From contig OZ241981.1 in assembly GCA_965204345.1 (NCBI GenBank), positions 320,001 through 384,000 on the forward strand: a DNA stretch of 64,000 nucleotides, in the 5' to 3' direction. How positions within the stretch are numbered: the first letter of the stretch is position 1; each line of letters begins with the position of its first letter. Both the position numbers and the translations under genes were made by a program. This stretch comes from Nitrosopumilus sp. GTDB lineage: Archaea > Thermoproteota > Nitrososphaeria > Nitrososphaerales > Nitrosopumilaceae. Of the stretch, positions 20,255 through 30,341 are shown piece by piece. The notes under the pieces were generated by a model, which saw only the letters and a program-made list of their open reading frames with translations, was not told the origin of the DNA and made no database searches.

Positions 20255-20345
20255 TGTAACTGCAGTAGCTGTAACTCTAGTTACACTACCCACAGTGACA
20301 AATCTGTTTAAAACAAAAAATTTAATGGAATTTAGGAAGTCAAGC

Positions 20346-20996
20346 ATGATCAGCAACTCTTGGAACAAGACAGAAGGTGAAACCATATCTCAGAAAATAA
20401 TGGGAAAAGTAAAGCCTGATGAACCGTTAAAAAACAGGATAGATTTTGCCCAAAAAAAACTACAGTTTCAAATTTCAAAATTGGAGGGAATCAATGAAAA
20501 ATTACGAAAAAAACACGATCTCATATTTGAAAAAATAGTCAATGCACAAAAAAACAACAAAAGAAGCTACGCACAGGCATATGCCGGAGAGCTTACTCAG
20601 GTCAGAAAGATGAAGAACATGGTAAGTGGCGCCAAGTTATCCATGGAGCAAGTCAAACTTAGACTGGATACTGTTTCAGAACTGGGAGATGTTGTCGTAA
20701 CGCTTAGTCCATGCATGTCAATAATCAAGGGACTGGCTCCGTCATTAAATGGAATGATGCCAGAGGCAAACGCGTCAATGCAGGACCTCTCACAAATACT
20801 AGGGGATGTCATGTCAGGATCATCAGTAGTCCCAGGAGACGGCATGAATGTCAGTGCAGAGACAAATGCCGACACCCTAGCAATTCTAGAAGAGGCTCAC
20901 AGTGTGATTGCAGGTCAGACCCAGTCATCAATACCAGACGTTCCAGACTCGCTCAAACAGCAAATAGTTGAAAAAAAGACAGACATCCTCATCTAG
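20346..20996 (+). CDS. cdvB: ESCRT-III/Snf7 family CdvB paralog
   Basis: PLKNRID...AYAGEL..VRK...LSMEQVKLRLDTVSELGDVVVTLSPCMS...ILEEA; start at the ATG at 20346. Confidence 0.88.
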   Translation: MISNSWNKTEGETISQKIMGKVKPDEPLKNRIDFAQKKLQFQISKLEGINEKLRKKHDLIFEKIVNAQKNNKRSYAQAYAGELTQVRKMKNMVSGAKLSMEQVKLRLDTVSELGDVVVTLSPCMSIIKGLAPSLNGMMPEANASMQDLSQILGDVMSGSSVVPGDGMNVSAETNADTLAILEEAHSVIAGQTQSSIPDVPDSLKQQIVEKKTDILI

Positions 20997-21161
20997 AGAG
21001 AGGCATTTTCTGCATTCAGTCAAAGATTCCAAAAAAGAATGTCAAGCAGCCTGTTTTGATTTTGCAGACTTGTAATGAAGGTAAAAAAAACTCTGTTCAC
21101 TCTTTTTGTTTTTATTTCCAAAAGTAGCAATATTAAATAGCAATCACAGCCAAGTAATTTT

Positions 21162-21527
21162 ATGCCAGCAAAGGGTCCTGTCAGCCTGACATGGCAGACA
21201 GTTTTCTGCTTTGTTCCATTAATGGATATCGTTGCATCATATCGCGTTAAAAGAATGAGGTGGTACCTTCTAATATTCATAGGATTTGGAGCAATATCAT
21301 CACTAGTCCAGTCATTTGTTTATCCATTAGATGAAGCATCCACATACGGCGAGAAAATTTACTCTGAGGTTAATGGCATTGATTGGAGTTATGCAGTATT
21401 GGGAGACAATCCAGAACTAGGCATACTGAGCATAATTATTCACAATGCAATAGCTTATCTCATTGCAGTTTATTTGATCAGAGGATGGTCAAAGAAATGG
21501 AACCAAAGGTTTAACCAGTCACTTTGA
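21162..21527 (+). CDS. Hypothetical membrane protein
   Basis: 121 aa with hydrophobic segments; ends WSKKWN. Confidence 0.7.
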   Translation: MPAKGPVSLTWQTVFCFVPLMDIVASYRVKRMRWYLLIFIGFGAISSLVQSFVYPLDEASTYGEKIYSEVNGIDWSYAVLGDNPELGILSIIIHNAIAYLIAVYLIRGWSKKWNQRFNQSL

Positions 21528-21860
21528 CTTTTTTTTACTTTTTTGAATCAGGATTTTCTTTATTCTAGATATTGTAGGATAGCTATACCCACGTCTGCGA
21601 TAGTTTGCAATCATCATTTTCCAATTTTTTAATCGCCATTGAGCCTGCTCAAGGGTAACTGAGTGCACTTCTTTCTGAATTATGCTTTTTCTGCCCACTT
21701 TGAGAGTTCCCGCATCTTTGGCAGACCACCTATTCTTTGCAAACTTTAAACCAGAAATGATTTCAGGCACTGGCATTTCCTTAAAGTAATCCCTGAGTTT
21801 CTTTAGTTCTGCATCGGTAGGTTTTTTGGAGATGGGCAATTCTACAGTGGGTTTTACCAT
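21519..21860 (-). CDS. Basic hypothetical protein
   Basis: 113 aa K/R-rich ORF, convergent with the upstream gene. Confidence 0.65.
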   Translation of the reverse strand: MVKPTVELPISKKPTDAELKKLRDYFKEMPVPEIISGLKFAKNRWSAKDAGTLKVGRKSIIQKEVHSVTLEQAQWRLKNWKMMIANYRRRGYSYPTISRIKKILIQKSKKKSK

Positions 21861-22733
21861 GAAAAACAGGCCACCGCATGCCTTAAGAGAGCCTTGCTAA
21901 AGTAGAATTAACAAAAACATGACCCATTGCTCATTTAGGCTGAACTCAAAATGATACGCACATGCCAAAAAAGCCCTCTACATCCCTTGCCTGATTTTAA
22001 TTTAATTGGGAATAAATTCGGCTCTTTTTTTAGACTCTGATTTTAGCCTTAAGGCTTATTTTTATTATAATCGTAAATAACTGTTATTTTTTGCTCTGAC
22101 TTTTGTGATTTTGATTTTAGCTTTAACTGTGATTTTTGATTTGGGCATGGCCACTGCTTGCGTTTGCACGTATTGAAAAAGAGAGAAGAGGCATACCAAA
22201 ACAAAAATCAAAGATGTGTAATGTGTTTGCAATGCCAGAACATCCAGGTATTGTTGCCAGGTAAAGTGAGTGACCAATGGCAGGATATGACAGCTGCACG
22301 CTATTCTATCTTTAGATCATGCCAGTGATAAAAACAACATCATCATGTATTGAGAAAGGAACATGCTATCGAGATTGTAGCGGAGAATATAAACAAATCT
22401 GGCAGTCCATCAGTAAAGTTGTGATGGCTTGCCATATGGATCCAAACTACCATTGTACAATGCAAGAGAGATGTAGGAACCGGAGAAACTGCTCAGATTT
22501 CATTGAAAATTCAAGAAGGAGACAGATTGCCGGACATAAATTATACCTTTAGAGCAGATGACAGATATTTTACGCAAACAAAATCAGACAGGGCAAGAGA
22601 ATCGTTCAGATGGGCTTACTTGAAATTCTCAGAATGCAAAATTTAATCAAAAAAGGATTCAGGAATCAATTCTTCAAATTAGAAAATTCTAAAAACTCAA
22701 GATGATACAAAAATTATTAAATCAAAATGATGA

Positions 22734-22842
22734 GTTCTGGGAAATTCTGATGAGCTGATCACCGGAATTTAACGGCAAATTCTCAGGGATTGTTTTCCTA
22801 AATTATCTAGCCATCAAAAAATCTCAAAGAAGTGCAGTTCAG
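22734..22842 (-). repeat. Dispersed repeat family C copy (matches 44611-44726 inverted)
   Basis: Reverse complement CTGAACTGCACTTCTTTGAGATTTTTTGATG...AAATTCCGGTGATCAGCTCATCAGAATTTCCCAGAAC aligns with 44611-44726. Confidence 0.75.
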
Positions 22843-22939
22843 TAATTATTAATTCATTATTTATGACATAGGACATCAGAGTTTGCCAGAACCGATTTTG
22901 ATCAAAAAATCTCAAGGGCATTGAGTTGATTTTAAACTT

Positions 22940-23107
22940 TTAATCTCCAGAACCGACAATTACTTTACCATTCTTTAGGCTAAACTTTAATTTCCCCGGC
23001 TCTCCCAACATATCATATATCGGCTTTGGAATGCGACATGATTGTGTGTGTCTGTCCGGCGTTACACTCACTGTGTATTCTGTCTCATCCTTCTTCTAGC
23101 GTGACAT
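22940..23107 (-). pseudogene. AbrB-like small regulator with an amber codon at position 4
   Basis: MSR*KKDETEYTVSV...CRIPKPIYDMLGEPGKLKF; paralog of the intact 54819-55007 (MTRWAKNTKEFNVSL...CRVPKPI), where Trp replaces the TAG. Confidence 0.75.
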
Positions 23108-23158
23108 CTCTTAGATTGAATTACTTTGTCATTTATGTGATCATATAACATTATGCAT

Positions 23159-23254
23159 GACAGGTTTATCTAGTAAGGTAAGATGTCGCCTTTAGGAGGC
23201 AATGGTTCCCGGAAGGAGGCGGGGGCATTGTGGGTTCAAATCCCACACCTGCCA
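23159..23254 (+). tRNA. Atypical or degenerate tRNA-Leu(TAG)-like gene
   Basis: Acceptor GACAGGT/ACCTGCC-A (one A-C mismatch), D stem ATCT/AGAT, anticodon arm TCGCC-TTTAGGA-GGCAA, T arm GTGGG-TTCAAAT-CCCAC, extra arm of about 27 nt. Confidence 0.55.
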
Positions 23255-23447
23255 CTTCTTTCCACTCTTTGTTAATTTTTGAGAGGTTTTATGCATGAAC
23301 ACAAGACGGCAAAGAGCCAAACAAGTCATGCAGATATCAGCTATTCCAAGTTCATAGAAACAAGAAAATAATATTTATGCCATTTAACCGGATTCACAAA
23401 ATACCATAAACTTGAATCAATTGATCCCATTTTAAATATTGAAAATG

Positions 23448-23535
23448 CTAAACTAGGAAAGAATTAAAGTGGCAAAGTTTAGGCGTAAAATTATTAATTT
23501 TAATAAATAAAATAGAGTAAAAATTAGCAATTAAA
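23448..23535 (+). repeat. IS6-like end type B copy lacking the terminal repeat
   Basis: CTAAACTAGGAAAGAATTAAAGTGGCAAAGTTTAGGCGTAAAATTATTAATTTTAATAAATAAAAT. Confidence 0.75.
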
Positions 23536-23683
23536 ACTGAACTTAAAAAAGCAGTTGAATTTTTTTTTTGCATGCATTGTGCCAACAAATAGTCAGCTAG
23601 ATCGTAATTATTATGACTAGAGTATGTTTTAGGGTAAAATTTCAATGCAACAAACATTAATGTAAAATCATACAATTATAACA

Positions 23684-24943
23684 ATGAAGGAACTCGTGTT
23701 GGGTCTGATATTTTTATCACTAATTCCCATCGCATTTGCCCAGGAATATCCGGAACTTCAAGTCCGAGTAGAAGTCATAGCAGACAGCCTAGCCATTCCG
23801 TGGAGTATGGACTGGCTGCCTGATGGAACCATTTTATTTACAGAAAGAAACGGGAATCTAAGGGTTATCAATCAGGGAATACTGTTAGAAGAGCCTCTTT
23901 TATCATTAAGCGTTGTGGGTGTTGAAGGAGGAATGTTGGGAGTTGCAGTTGATCCAAAGTATGCTGAAAATAATTTTGTCTATGTGTATTATACTTATAA
24001 TGAATTTCTAACAACGAAAAACAAACTGGTTCGTTATCAGTTTGCCGATGGGGCATTAACTGAGGATAAGATACTAATTGACGGAATTCCAGGCGGGCCT
24101 ATCCACGACGGGGGAAGAATTCAGTTTGGTCCTGATGAAAAACTCTACGTCACAACAGGAGAGGCAGGATTGCCAGAGTTATCACAGGATTTGAATTCGT
24201 TAGGGGGTAAAATTCTAAGAATAAACTCAGATGGTTCAGTGCCAGAAGACAATCCATGGGCAAACTCTCCAATCTATTCTGTGGGACATAGAAACCCACA
24301 AGGGATAGACTGGGATGATTCAGGGAATCTGTTTGCAACGGACCATGGACCGTCAGGTGAGAGAGGCGTGGCTCATGACGAGGTTAACAAAATAATTGCA
24401 GGTGGAAATTACGGGTGGCCAGAGATTGTCGGAGATGAAAAGGAAGAGGATTTACTAAGCCCAATTCTGCATTCGGGAGATGACACATGGGCACCGTCAG
24501 GAGCCGAATTCTATGAGAGAGACGAAATTCCCCAATGGAAGGGAAAGTACTTTGTTGCAGCGTTGCGTGGAAGCCATTTGGGCATGTTTGAGTTTGATTC
24601 TGAAAATAATACAGTCATCTCACATGAAAAACTATTCCAGGACGAATTTGGACGATTAAGGGATGTGCAGACGGGTCCGGACGGATTTTTGTATATACTC
24701 ACAAGTAATCAAGACGGCAGGGGAATTCCCAGAGAAAATGATGATAAAATCCTAAGGATTCTCCCAATGGATTACAAAATACCCCCAAAAGACCACATAT
24801 CAGGTGAGCCAAATCCAATAGAGATTAGGGAATCCAATGATTATGCAAGTGAGTCTTATGTATTTGCGGGATTGGGCCTGGTGGCAGGAATCATAATTGG
24901 ATTTATTATAATTAAAAAACAAAGGAAGAGGAATAAGGAATAA
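23684..24943 (+). CDS. PQQ-dependent glucose/sorbosone dehydrogenase family protein, C-terminally anchored
   Basis: Signal peptide, EGGMLG, HDGGRI.FGPD, GHRNPQG, GGNYGWP, GRLRDV, C-terminal TM plus basic tail. Confidence 0.9.
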   Translation: MKELVLGLIFLSLIPIAFAQEYPELQVRVEVIADSLAIPWSMDWLPDGTILFTERNGNLRVINQGILLEEPLLSLSVVGVEGGMLGVAVDPKYAENNFVYVYYTYNEFLTTKNKLVRYQFADGALTEDKILIDGIPGGPIHDGGRIQFGPDEKLYVTTGEAGLPELSQDLNSLGGKILRINSDGSVPEDNPWANSPIYSVGHRNPQGIDWDDSGNLFATDHGPSGERGVAHDEVNKIIAGGNYGWPEIVGDEKEEDLLSPILHSGDDTWAPSGAEFYERDEIPQWKGKYFVAALRGSHLGMFEFDSENNTVISHEKLFQDEFGRLRDVQTGPDGFLYILTSNQDGRGIPRENDDKILRILPMDYKIPPKDHISGEPNPIEIRESNDYASESYVFAGLGLVAGIIIGFIIIKKQRKRNKE

Positions 24944-24960
24944 ACCCATCAAAAATATTT

Positions 24961-25080
24961 TTAGCAGCTAATCGGAACGTTGGAGTTTTTACATATGGTG
25001 TTATACATTCCAAATCCGATAATAATTGCAGCAAAAGTTGCCAAAGGTACCAAAATGAAAAAATTTGCCTTTCTACCCAT
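24961..25080 (-). CDS. Small single-TM protein (39 aa; not in ORF track)
   Basis: MGRKANFFILVPLATFAAIIIGFGMYNTICKNSNVPISC*. Confidence 0.45.
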   Translation of the reverse strand: MGRKANFFILVPLATFAAIIIGFGMYNTICKNSNVPISC

Positions 25081-25120
25081 GGGATATAATCAAAATGTTG
25101 CCTATAAAATTGTCACAGTA

Positions 25121-25537
25121 TTATTCCACTGCAATAGTAAACATGCCCACAGCATCCGGGTCTTGTAATTGCCTTACCATGCTCCTAGGGAGCAGATCAG
25201 AGGCCTTGTCGCATTTTATTGCCAAAGTTCGAGGACAGATAAAATCACTCTTTCGAATTACAATATCCGCATCATGAGTTAAAATCAGATCAGGATGCCC
25301 GTTGCCGACAATGGTAAATTCCTCATCCCCTACACGAATCGACATTGTAACTTTGGAATTGGGATTTTTAAGTTGATTTTTTAACTCCAAAGGCAGATCA
25401 GCGCAGCTAGATTTTGCACTTACGCCAATTATGCAGTCGCCCCGAGGAGTCAGATGGGATTCTTTTGTAATTTCTATAGTTTTTTGATGGTTAGAACGAA
25501 TGTTTTGATGGCCTGAAAACTCAATTTCAAATTTCAT
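25121..25537 (-). CDS. DUF371 domain protein
   Basis: GHQNI.S.H..TIEITKE.HLTPRGDCIIGV, IVIRKSDF..RTL. Confidence 0.88.
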   Translation of the reverse strand: MKFEIEFSGHQNIRSNHQKTIEITKESHLTPRGDCIIGVSAKSSCADLPLELKNQLKNPNSKVTMSIRVGDEEFTIVGNGHPDLILTHDADIVIRKSDFICPRTLAIKCDKASDLLPRSMVRQLQDPDAVGMFTIAVE

Positions 25538-25574
25538 AAACCTAAAGCAAATTCGGTTTCAAATTAAGGTTTAA

Positions 25575-25652
25575 TTCCATGTTTTTCTTTATTATATTTA
25601 GTATTACTAGTTTTACGCCTAAATTCAGCCACTTTAATTCTTGCCTAGTTTA
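25575..25652 (-). repeat. IS6-like end type B copy lacking the terminal repeat
   Basis: Reverse complement TAAACTAGGCAAGAATTAAAGTGGCTGAATTTAGGCGTAAAA. Confidence 0.7.
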
Positions 25653-25975
25653 TACACTAATCCAAACTCGGAATATTTCAGAATCTTTCATTTCAGATTC
25701 CTAAAGATGTAACAATATATCTTGTAATATGCAGTATTTATCTGACAGTGTCTGTGCATATCTCGGGTCTATTTTGGAATGCAAGACAGAATCAAATTTG
25801 GATGAGGTATCTTTTATGACAGTTATCTTGTTTTGGTCAATGATCATGCATCTGCCTGGTGCAAACTTTTCAGCCATGTCAGATCAACTGCCACAAATAC
25901 AATTTAATGGATTTGGTATATTTCGGTTATCTGATCACTGGAATTTGGCAATTTATTGCCAAATACAACTACGGT

Positions 25976-27361
25976 TTACGGATCAGATATCCTTCCCATA
26001 AACAAAATCGTACCGCTCTCATCATCCTGAATTATAAACAAAAACGGATGATCTGCAATAAATCGTGGAGGTGGGGGTGGTACACTTATGGTACCCGTAA
26101 TGATACTTGTTACAGCAGCAGCTTCGGTTCCTTCTTCATTTACGTCTATAAACGTGTCCTGTGTTGCAGTACTCACGAATAGATTTCTTTGAGAAATATC
26201 TACAATTCCTCCAAGATCGGCCTTTTGTGAACTAAATGCATCTGGCATTCCAAGATTCTTTAGTGCTCCGTTAAGAACATATTTTTCAGTTATTTGGAAC
26301 TTTGGCATTGATACTAGAACTTGTTGTTTATGCAAGTTCTGCGTCCATTGTTTAATCTGTTCATGGGACATAGAGTCCTCAATCTGTTTTAGGCCATCTA
26401 TATCATCTGGCAAAATTACCAACATAGATATCCTGTCGCCTTCGTATGACATTTTTAGTATCTGAGCATCATCTGATTTTGTATAGTTGAATACGCCTAG
26501 CATTCTCATAAAATCTGTATCTACAGAATCCTCGCTATTCTTCCAAAAGGTGGACTCTGCTGTGTTCTCCTCAGGGAACTGTGTTGCCCATGTACCCTTA
26601 AAGTATATGGCATTATTAATTATCATTGCAGTAAGGGCGTTTACACTCGCTGGGGTGATTACTTTGTCAATCTTGCCGTTTGTGTTATCTGAGGCCCACT
26701 GGTTTATCTTTTTTACACCGTCATCCTCATCCAAAAAGTCTACCTTTTCTGAGGTGGAATGATATGTCTCTCGTGCTACAGAGGTATAGGAATCATAGGG
26801 TTCAAACCAATTTGCAATCCAAAGTGCGTTTGCCGTACTCAGTTCTATGTGCGGATCATCTCGGTTTATCGAGGATATAAAATGTGACGTAGAGTTGTGG
26901 CGTGCATCTCTGTCTGGTTCAAATCCAAAGACATCCTGCATTTCTTGTGCAGTGTTTTCTTTGGCACCCTCATACAATATTGAAAATGCCAGATACATGC
27001 TGACAGGTGAAAAGAATATGTTTTTAGGAGTGCCTGATATCTGCCTGTAAAAATCAATTGCAAATTTGTTGTTTGTAGCTGCAATACTGGTATCATCAGT
27101 TGCCGGCATCATTGTGGTACCAGTACCAGTATCATCAGTTGCCGGCATCATTGTGGTACCAATACCAGTATCATCAGTTGCCGGCATCATTGTGGTACCA
27201 GTACCAGTATCATCAGTTGCCGGCATCATTGTGGTACCAGTATCATCAGCTGGCTTCATTATTGTGGCAGAGTCATTAGATGACGATAATCCAAAGGTTG
27301 CAATGGCAGTTGCAGTCATGGCCACCACTATTGCAGCGATGAGTATTGTTGATTTATTCAT
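25976..27361 (-). CDS. Secreted or anchored serpin with an N-terminal repeat stalk
   Basis: NIFFSPVS, NAIYFKGTW, hinge DVNEEGTEAAA, FIADHPFLF, FMGRI.DP. Confidence 0.95.
   Translation of the reverse strand: MNKSTILIAAIVVAMTATAIATFGLSSSNDSATIMKPADDTGTTMMPATDDTGTGTTMMPATDDTGIGTTMMPATDDTGTGTTMMPATDDTSIAATNNKFAIDFYRQISGTPKNIFFSPVSMYLAFSILYEGAKENTAQEMQDVFGFEPDRDARHNSTSHFISSINRDDPHIELSTANALWIANWFEPYDSYTSVARETYHSTSEKVDFLDEDDGVKKINQWASDNTNGKIDKVITPASVNALTAMIINNAIYFKGTWATQFPEENTAESTFWKNSEDSVDTDFMRMLGVFNYTKSDDAQILKMSYEGDRISMLVILPDDIDGLKQIEDSMSHEQIKQWTQNLHKQQVLVSMPKFQITEKYVLNGALKNLGMPDAFSSQKADLGGIVDISQRNLFVSTATQDTFIDVNEEGTEAAAVTSIITGTISVPPPPPRFIADHPFLFIIQDDESGTILFMGRISDP
27090..27249 (-). repeat. 39-bp coding tandem repeat (TTMMPATDDTGTG) x4 in the serpin
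   Basis: GTATCATCAGTTGCCGGCATCATTGTGGTACCAGTACCA units at 27090, 27129, 27168, 27207. Confidence 0.95.
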
Positions 27362-28240
27362 GTATTCTCACCGCATAGGGTTCCCTGTCATAATTATCCA
27401 CATCAGACGCTGTAACCCAAAAGACGTGAGTTCCGATAGGCATGTTTTCAGGATTGATTGATATTGCAGCAGTGCCGTCTCCGTTGTCAGTTACAGATAT
27501 TGCATCCTCTGGAATTCCATCAGGTATGATGCCGATGGTTATTGCATCTCCCTCAGAGTCAGTTGCCTGCACCTCAAATGTGACTTTTGATGATATGGAT
27601 ACTGGCTCGTATACTGTTGTACCGTTGTAAATCAGTCGAATCTCAGGCGAGTCATTTGATTCCTGCTGCTGCTGGGTATCTCCACCTCCTTCTGCCAAGC
27701 CGCCCGCAGAGCCTCTTGCACCTGCACTGTACTCTGGTCCGACAGTGACATCATGGGGATCATCGAATCCTGATGCAAATACAGAGACTGCCCCGTTTGA
27801 GGAGATCTTTAGCACGTTATCATCATCCGTGTTTGCTACATATAGGTTTCCGGCACCGTCCATATCCATGCCATATGGCTTATCTACTGATGTGGTGATT
27901 TCTCTAACCAGAGAGTGTGTAGAGAGGCTTATCTCGTTGATGCGTCCTCTGTCATCGCCGCCCACAAACAGGCTTTCCCCAGAGCCATATATGGCAGGTC
28001 CGCATGTTATTCCTCCTACACGGTATAAGTTTAGAGAAGAACCTGTGTTGGATATCTCGCCAAGATAAGAGCCGTCTGTTGCCCTGTAGTAAAATATCTT
28101 GTTTGCAGCTCTGTCTGCAACATACATGTGTCCTCCAGACAGTCAGGCCATCTCACATTTGACAGGTTTGTTAGCTCTGAACTTGTTGCTGGTGAGTATC
28201 TCAAAGTCGAGCTGTATGATGGCAGCACATGGAATACCAT
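27354..28240 (-). pseudogene. NHL/beta-propeller plus Ig-like surface protein, 5'-truncated and frameshifted
   Basis: NHL repeats (PYGMDMDGAGNLYVAN, FDDPHDV) and NDSPEI...ATDSEGD Ig-like domain; the upstream frame LRYSPATSSELTNLSNVRWPD joins GGHMYVAD out of frame near 28135; no signal peptide left. Confidence 0.6.
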
Positions 28241-28550
28241 ATTTGACTGGCAGGCATCTGAAAACTAGTTGCTGTCATCATTCATAACCAAACAGTTTTT
28301 GCATTCTTGAAAAAAGAGGTCAAAAACCCATCTTCAAAGAGTTAGAATTATAGTTTTTAGGACTTTGTGATCTTACTTCTAAATCACTTGGATCCTAACC
28401 AACTCTTTCAAAACTAACTGATTCTAATTGACAACCATCAAACTTGGGTTTGGCTCATCAGATATTGTAAAAAATAGGCTCCGATCAAGACAACGCTTGC
28501 TCTGAATTATTGGCATGGTTTAAATTGCATAGTCAAAGCATTGCAATCAA

Positions 28551-29288
28551 ATGCTTCCTGCACAACAGGGTTATGATAGAGCCATCACAGTATTTTCGCC
28601 AGATGGCAGGTTATACCAGGTCGAATATGCCATTGAAACAGTAAGAAGAGGAACAATTGCCGTGGGCGTAAAATGTAAGGAAGGAATTGTTATTGCAGTA
28701 GAGGAAAAGCCAAGAAAGCTACAAATTTCAGAAACGGCACAAAAGATTTTTCAGATTGATGATCATGTTGGTGTTGCAGCCGCCGGATATATTCCAGATG
28801 CACGAAGCCAGGTCGATAATGCCAGATTCTTTTCACAAAGTAACAAAATGATTTACGATGAGCCAGTTGAGGTAGAGACAATTGCCAAACACTTGGCTGA
28901 TCAATGCCAGCAATATACACAGTATGCAGGAGTTAGACCATACGGGGTTGCGCTAATTTTAGGAGGAGTTGTAAACAATAGGCCAGAACTGTACCTGACT
29001 GATCCCAGCGGAACATACATTTCTTATGATGCAATTGCAATAGGTTCCGGCTCTGATCAAGTTACAGACTTTTTAGAAAAGACATACAGGGAGGATCTTT
29101 CATTGGATGATGCAGCAACGCTGTCTGCTGCGGGAATCTATCTTTCAAGCGAAGACAAGAAAGGAACAAACCACATCAGAATGTCGTACATCAAAAAGGA
29201 GACAGGATTGTATGAGCTAGTTTCAGATGAGCAGGTTGCAACATATGCCAATGCTGCCAAAGAAAAATATCCGCATGAGCAAAAATAA
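28551..29288 (+). CDS. psmA: Proteasome alpha subunit
   Basis: YDRAITVFSPDGRLYQVEYA signature, GVRPYG, TDPSG. Confidence 0.97.
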   Translation: MLPAQQGYDRAITVFSPDGRLYQVEYAIETVRRGTIAVGVKCKEGIVIAVEEKPRKLQISETAQKIFQIDDHVGVAAAGYIPDARSQVDNARFFSQSNKMIYDEPVEVETIAKHLADQCQQYTQYAGVRPYGVALILGGVVNNRPELYLTDPSGTYISYDAIAIGSGSDQVTDFLEKTYREDLSLDDAATLSAAGIYLSSEDKKGTNHIRMSYIKKETGLYELVSDEQVATYANAAKEKYPHEQK

Positions 29289-29319
29289 CCATTCCAAGTA
29301 CTTGTGAGATCAAATTACA

Positions 29320-30132
29320 TTGAAGCTATCCGTTGCAATTCCCCAGTCGGCGTTATCAGACGAATCATTAAAAATAGACAAGACAAGAAAAATTTCAGTC
29401 CTGGCAAGGGCATGCGCAATTTTTAAAATCGATACAATCTATGTGTACCAGGAAGGAAACAGCAAGTCAGAAGGGGCATTAATGGTGATGATACTAAAAT
29501 ATTTAGAGACGCCGCAATTTTTGAGAAGAAGATTGTTTCCAAAAATCAACGACCTGAAATTTGCAGGAGTGCTCCAGCCATTAAAAATTCCAAGCCACGT
29601 AACACCAGTAAATGCCAAAAAAATTAAGAGTAGAGACATCAGAGAGGGGCTAGTAGTAAGTGTAAGGGGCAAAAAATTTGCAGATGTTGGAATCAATCAG
29701 CTACTCAGATATTATGGAGATGCACCGACTGGAAAAAGAATTACAGTCCAATTCAAAGAGGGCTATCCAAGACTGTCAATTAAAGAGATAGGGAGGGAAG
29801 AAATTCCACAGTATTGGGGATATTCAGTCAAAGAAAGGGCAAACTTGTTTTCATTGTTATCAGAATGGAAAGGAAATATAATTCTGACGTCAAGAAAAGG
29901 CAAGACAGTAACAAATGAACAGCTCTCAAAATATACAAAATCCAAAGAACCGACTCTTGTGGTATTTGGGTCCCCTGAAAAAGGAATTCATGAGATAATT
30001 GGAGGCAGAATGAACAGAGTTCAAAATGCAAAATCATTAAACTTTTTTCCAAACCAAGCAACCCAAACAGTACGGCTAGAAGAAGCCCTCATGGGTACCC
30101 TGGCAATAATTAATGCGCAGTGTTCAACGTGA
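29320..30132 (+). CDS. SPOUT RNA methyltransferase (DUF171 / C9orf114-like)
   Basis: ARACAIF, YLETPQFLR, YWGY, FGSP, TVRLEEA; position upstream of rpl3 is typical. Confidence 0.88.
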   Translation: MKLSVAIPQSALSDESLKIDKTRKISVLARACAIFKIDTIYVYQEGNSKSEGALMVMILKYLETPQFLRRRLFPKINDLKFAGVLQPLKIPSHVTPVNAKKIKSRDIREGLVVSVRGKKFADVGINQLLRYYGDAPTGKRITVQFKEGYPRLSIKEIGREEIPQYWGYSVKERANLFSLLSEWKGNIILTSRKGKTVTNEQLSKYTKSKEPTLVVFGSPEKGIHEIIGGRMNRVQNAKSLNFFPNQATQTVRLEEALMGTLAIINAQCST

Positions 30133-30134
30133 CA

Positions 30135-30245
30135 ATGGCTGAAAGAAAAAACTTCTTGATTATGGCAATGGGTTTGGGAGCAGCAGGGATCATAATTGGA
30201 GGATATACGATTTGGAACCATGTCTCAGAGTTATTCTCACCTTGA
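30135..30245 (+). CDS. Possible small single-TM protein (36 aa; not in ORF track)
   Basis: MAERKNFLIMAMGLGAAGIIIGGYTIWNHVSELFSP*. Confidence 0.35.
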   Translation: MAERKNFLIMAMGLGAAGIIIGGYTIWNHVSELFSP

Positions 30246-30341
30246 TAGTTAGTTAGACATAGTTGGTTAACCAAGAAATAATTTATGGTTAACGATATCT
30301 CACATGGTTTAATAGAGGGAGATCAGTGATGCGACTTAAGC

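Noticed and set aside
22038-22126. TGATTTTAGC(C/T)TTAA repeated at 74-bp spacing as a fourth, older insertion scar
   Set aside because: Only about 15 bp match, in low-complexity T-rich sequence, and the flanks need gaps to align.
22277-22650. Cys-rich ORF 22319-22552 and neighbouring frames
   Set aside because: Looks like fragments of a decayed gene, but no family could be recognised.
23096-23254. Amber suppression of the AbrB-like TAG by the neighbouring tRNA-like gene
   Set aside because: The anticodon reads TAG (decodes CUA, Leu); an amber suppressor needs anticodon CTA. A simple TGG-to-TAG nonsense change is more likely.
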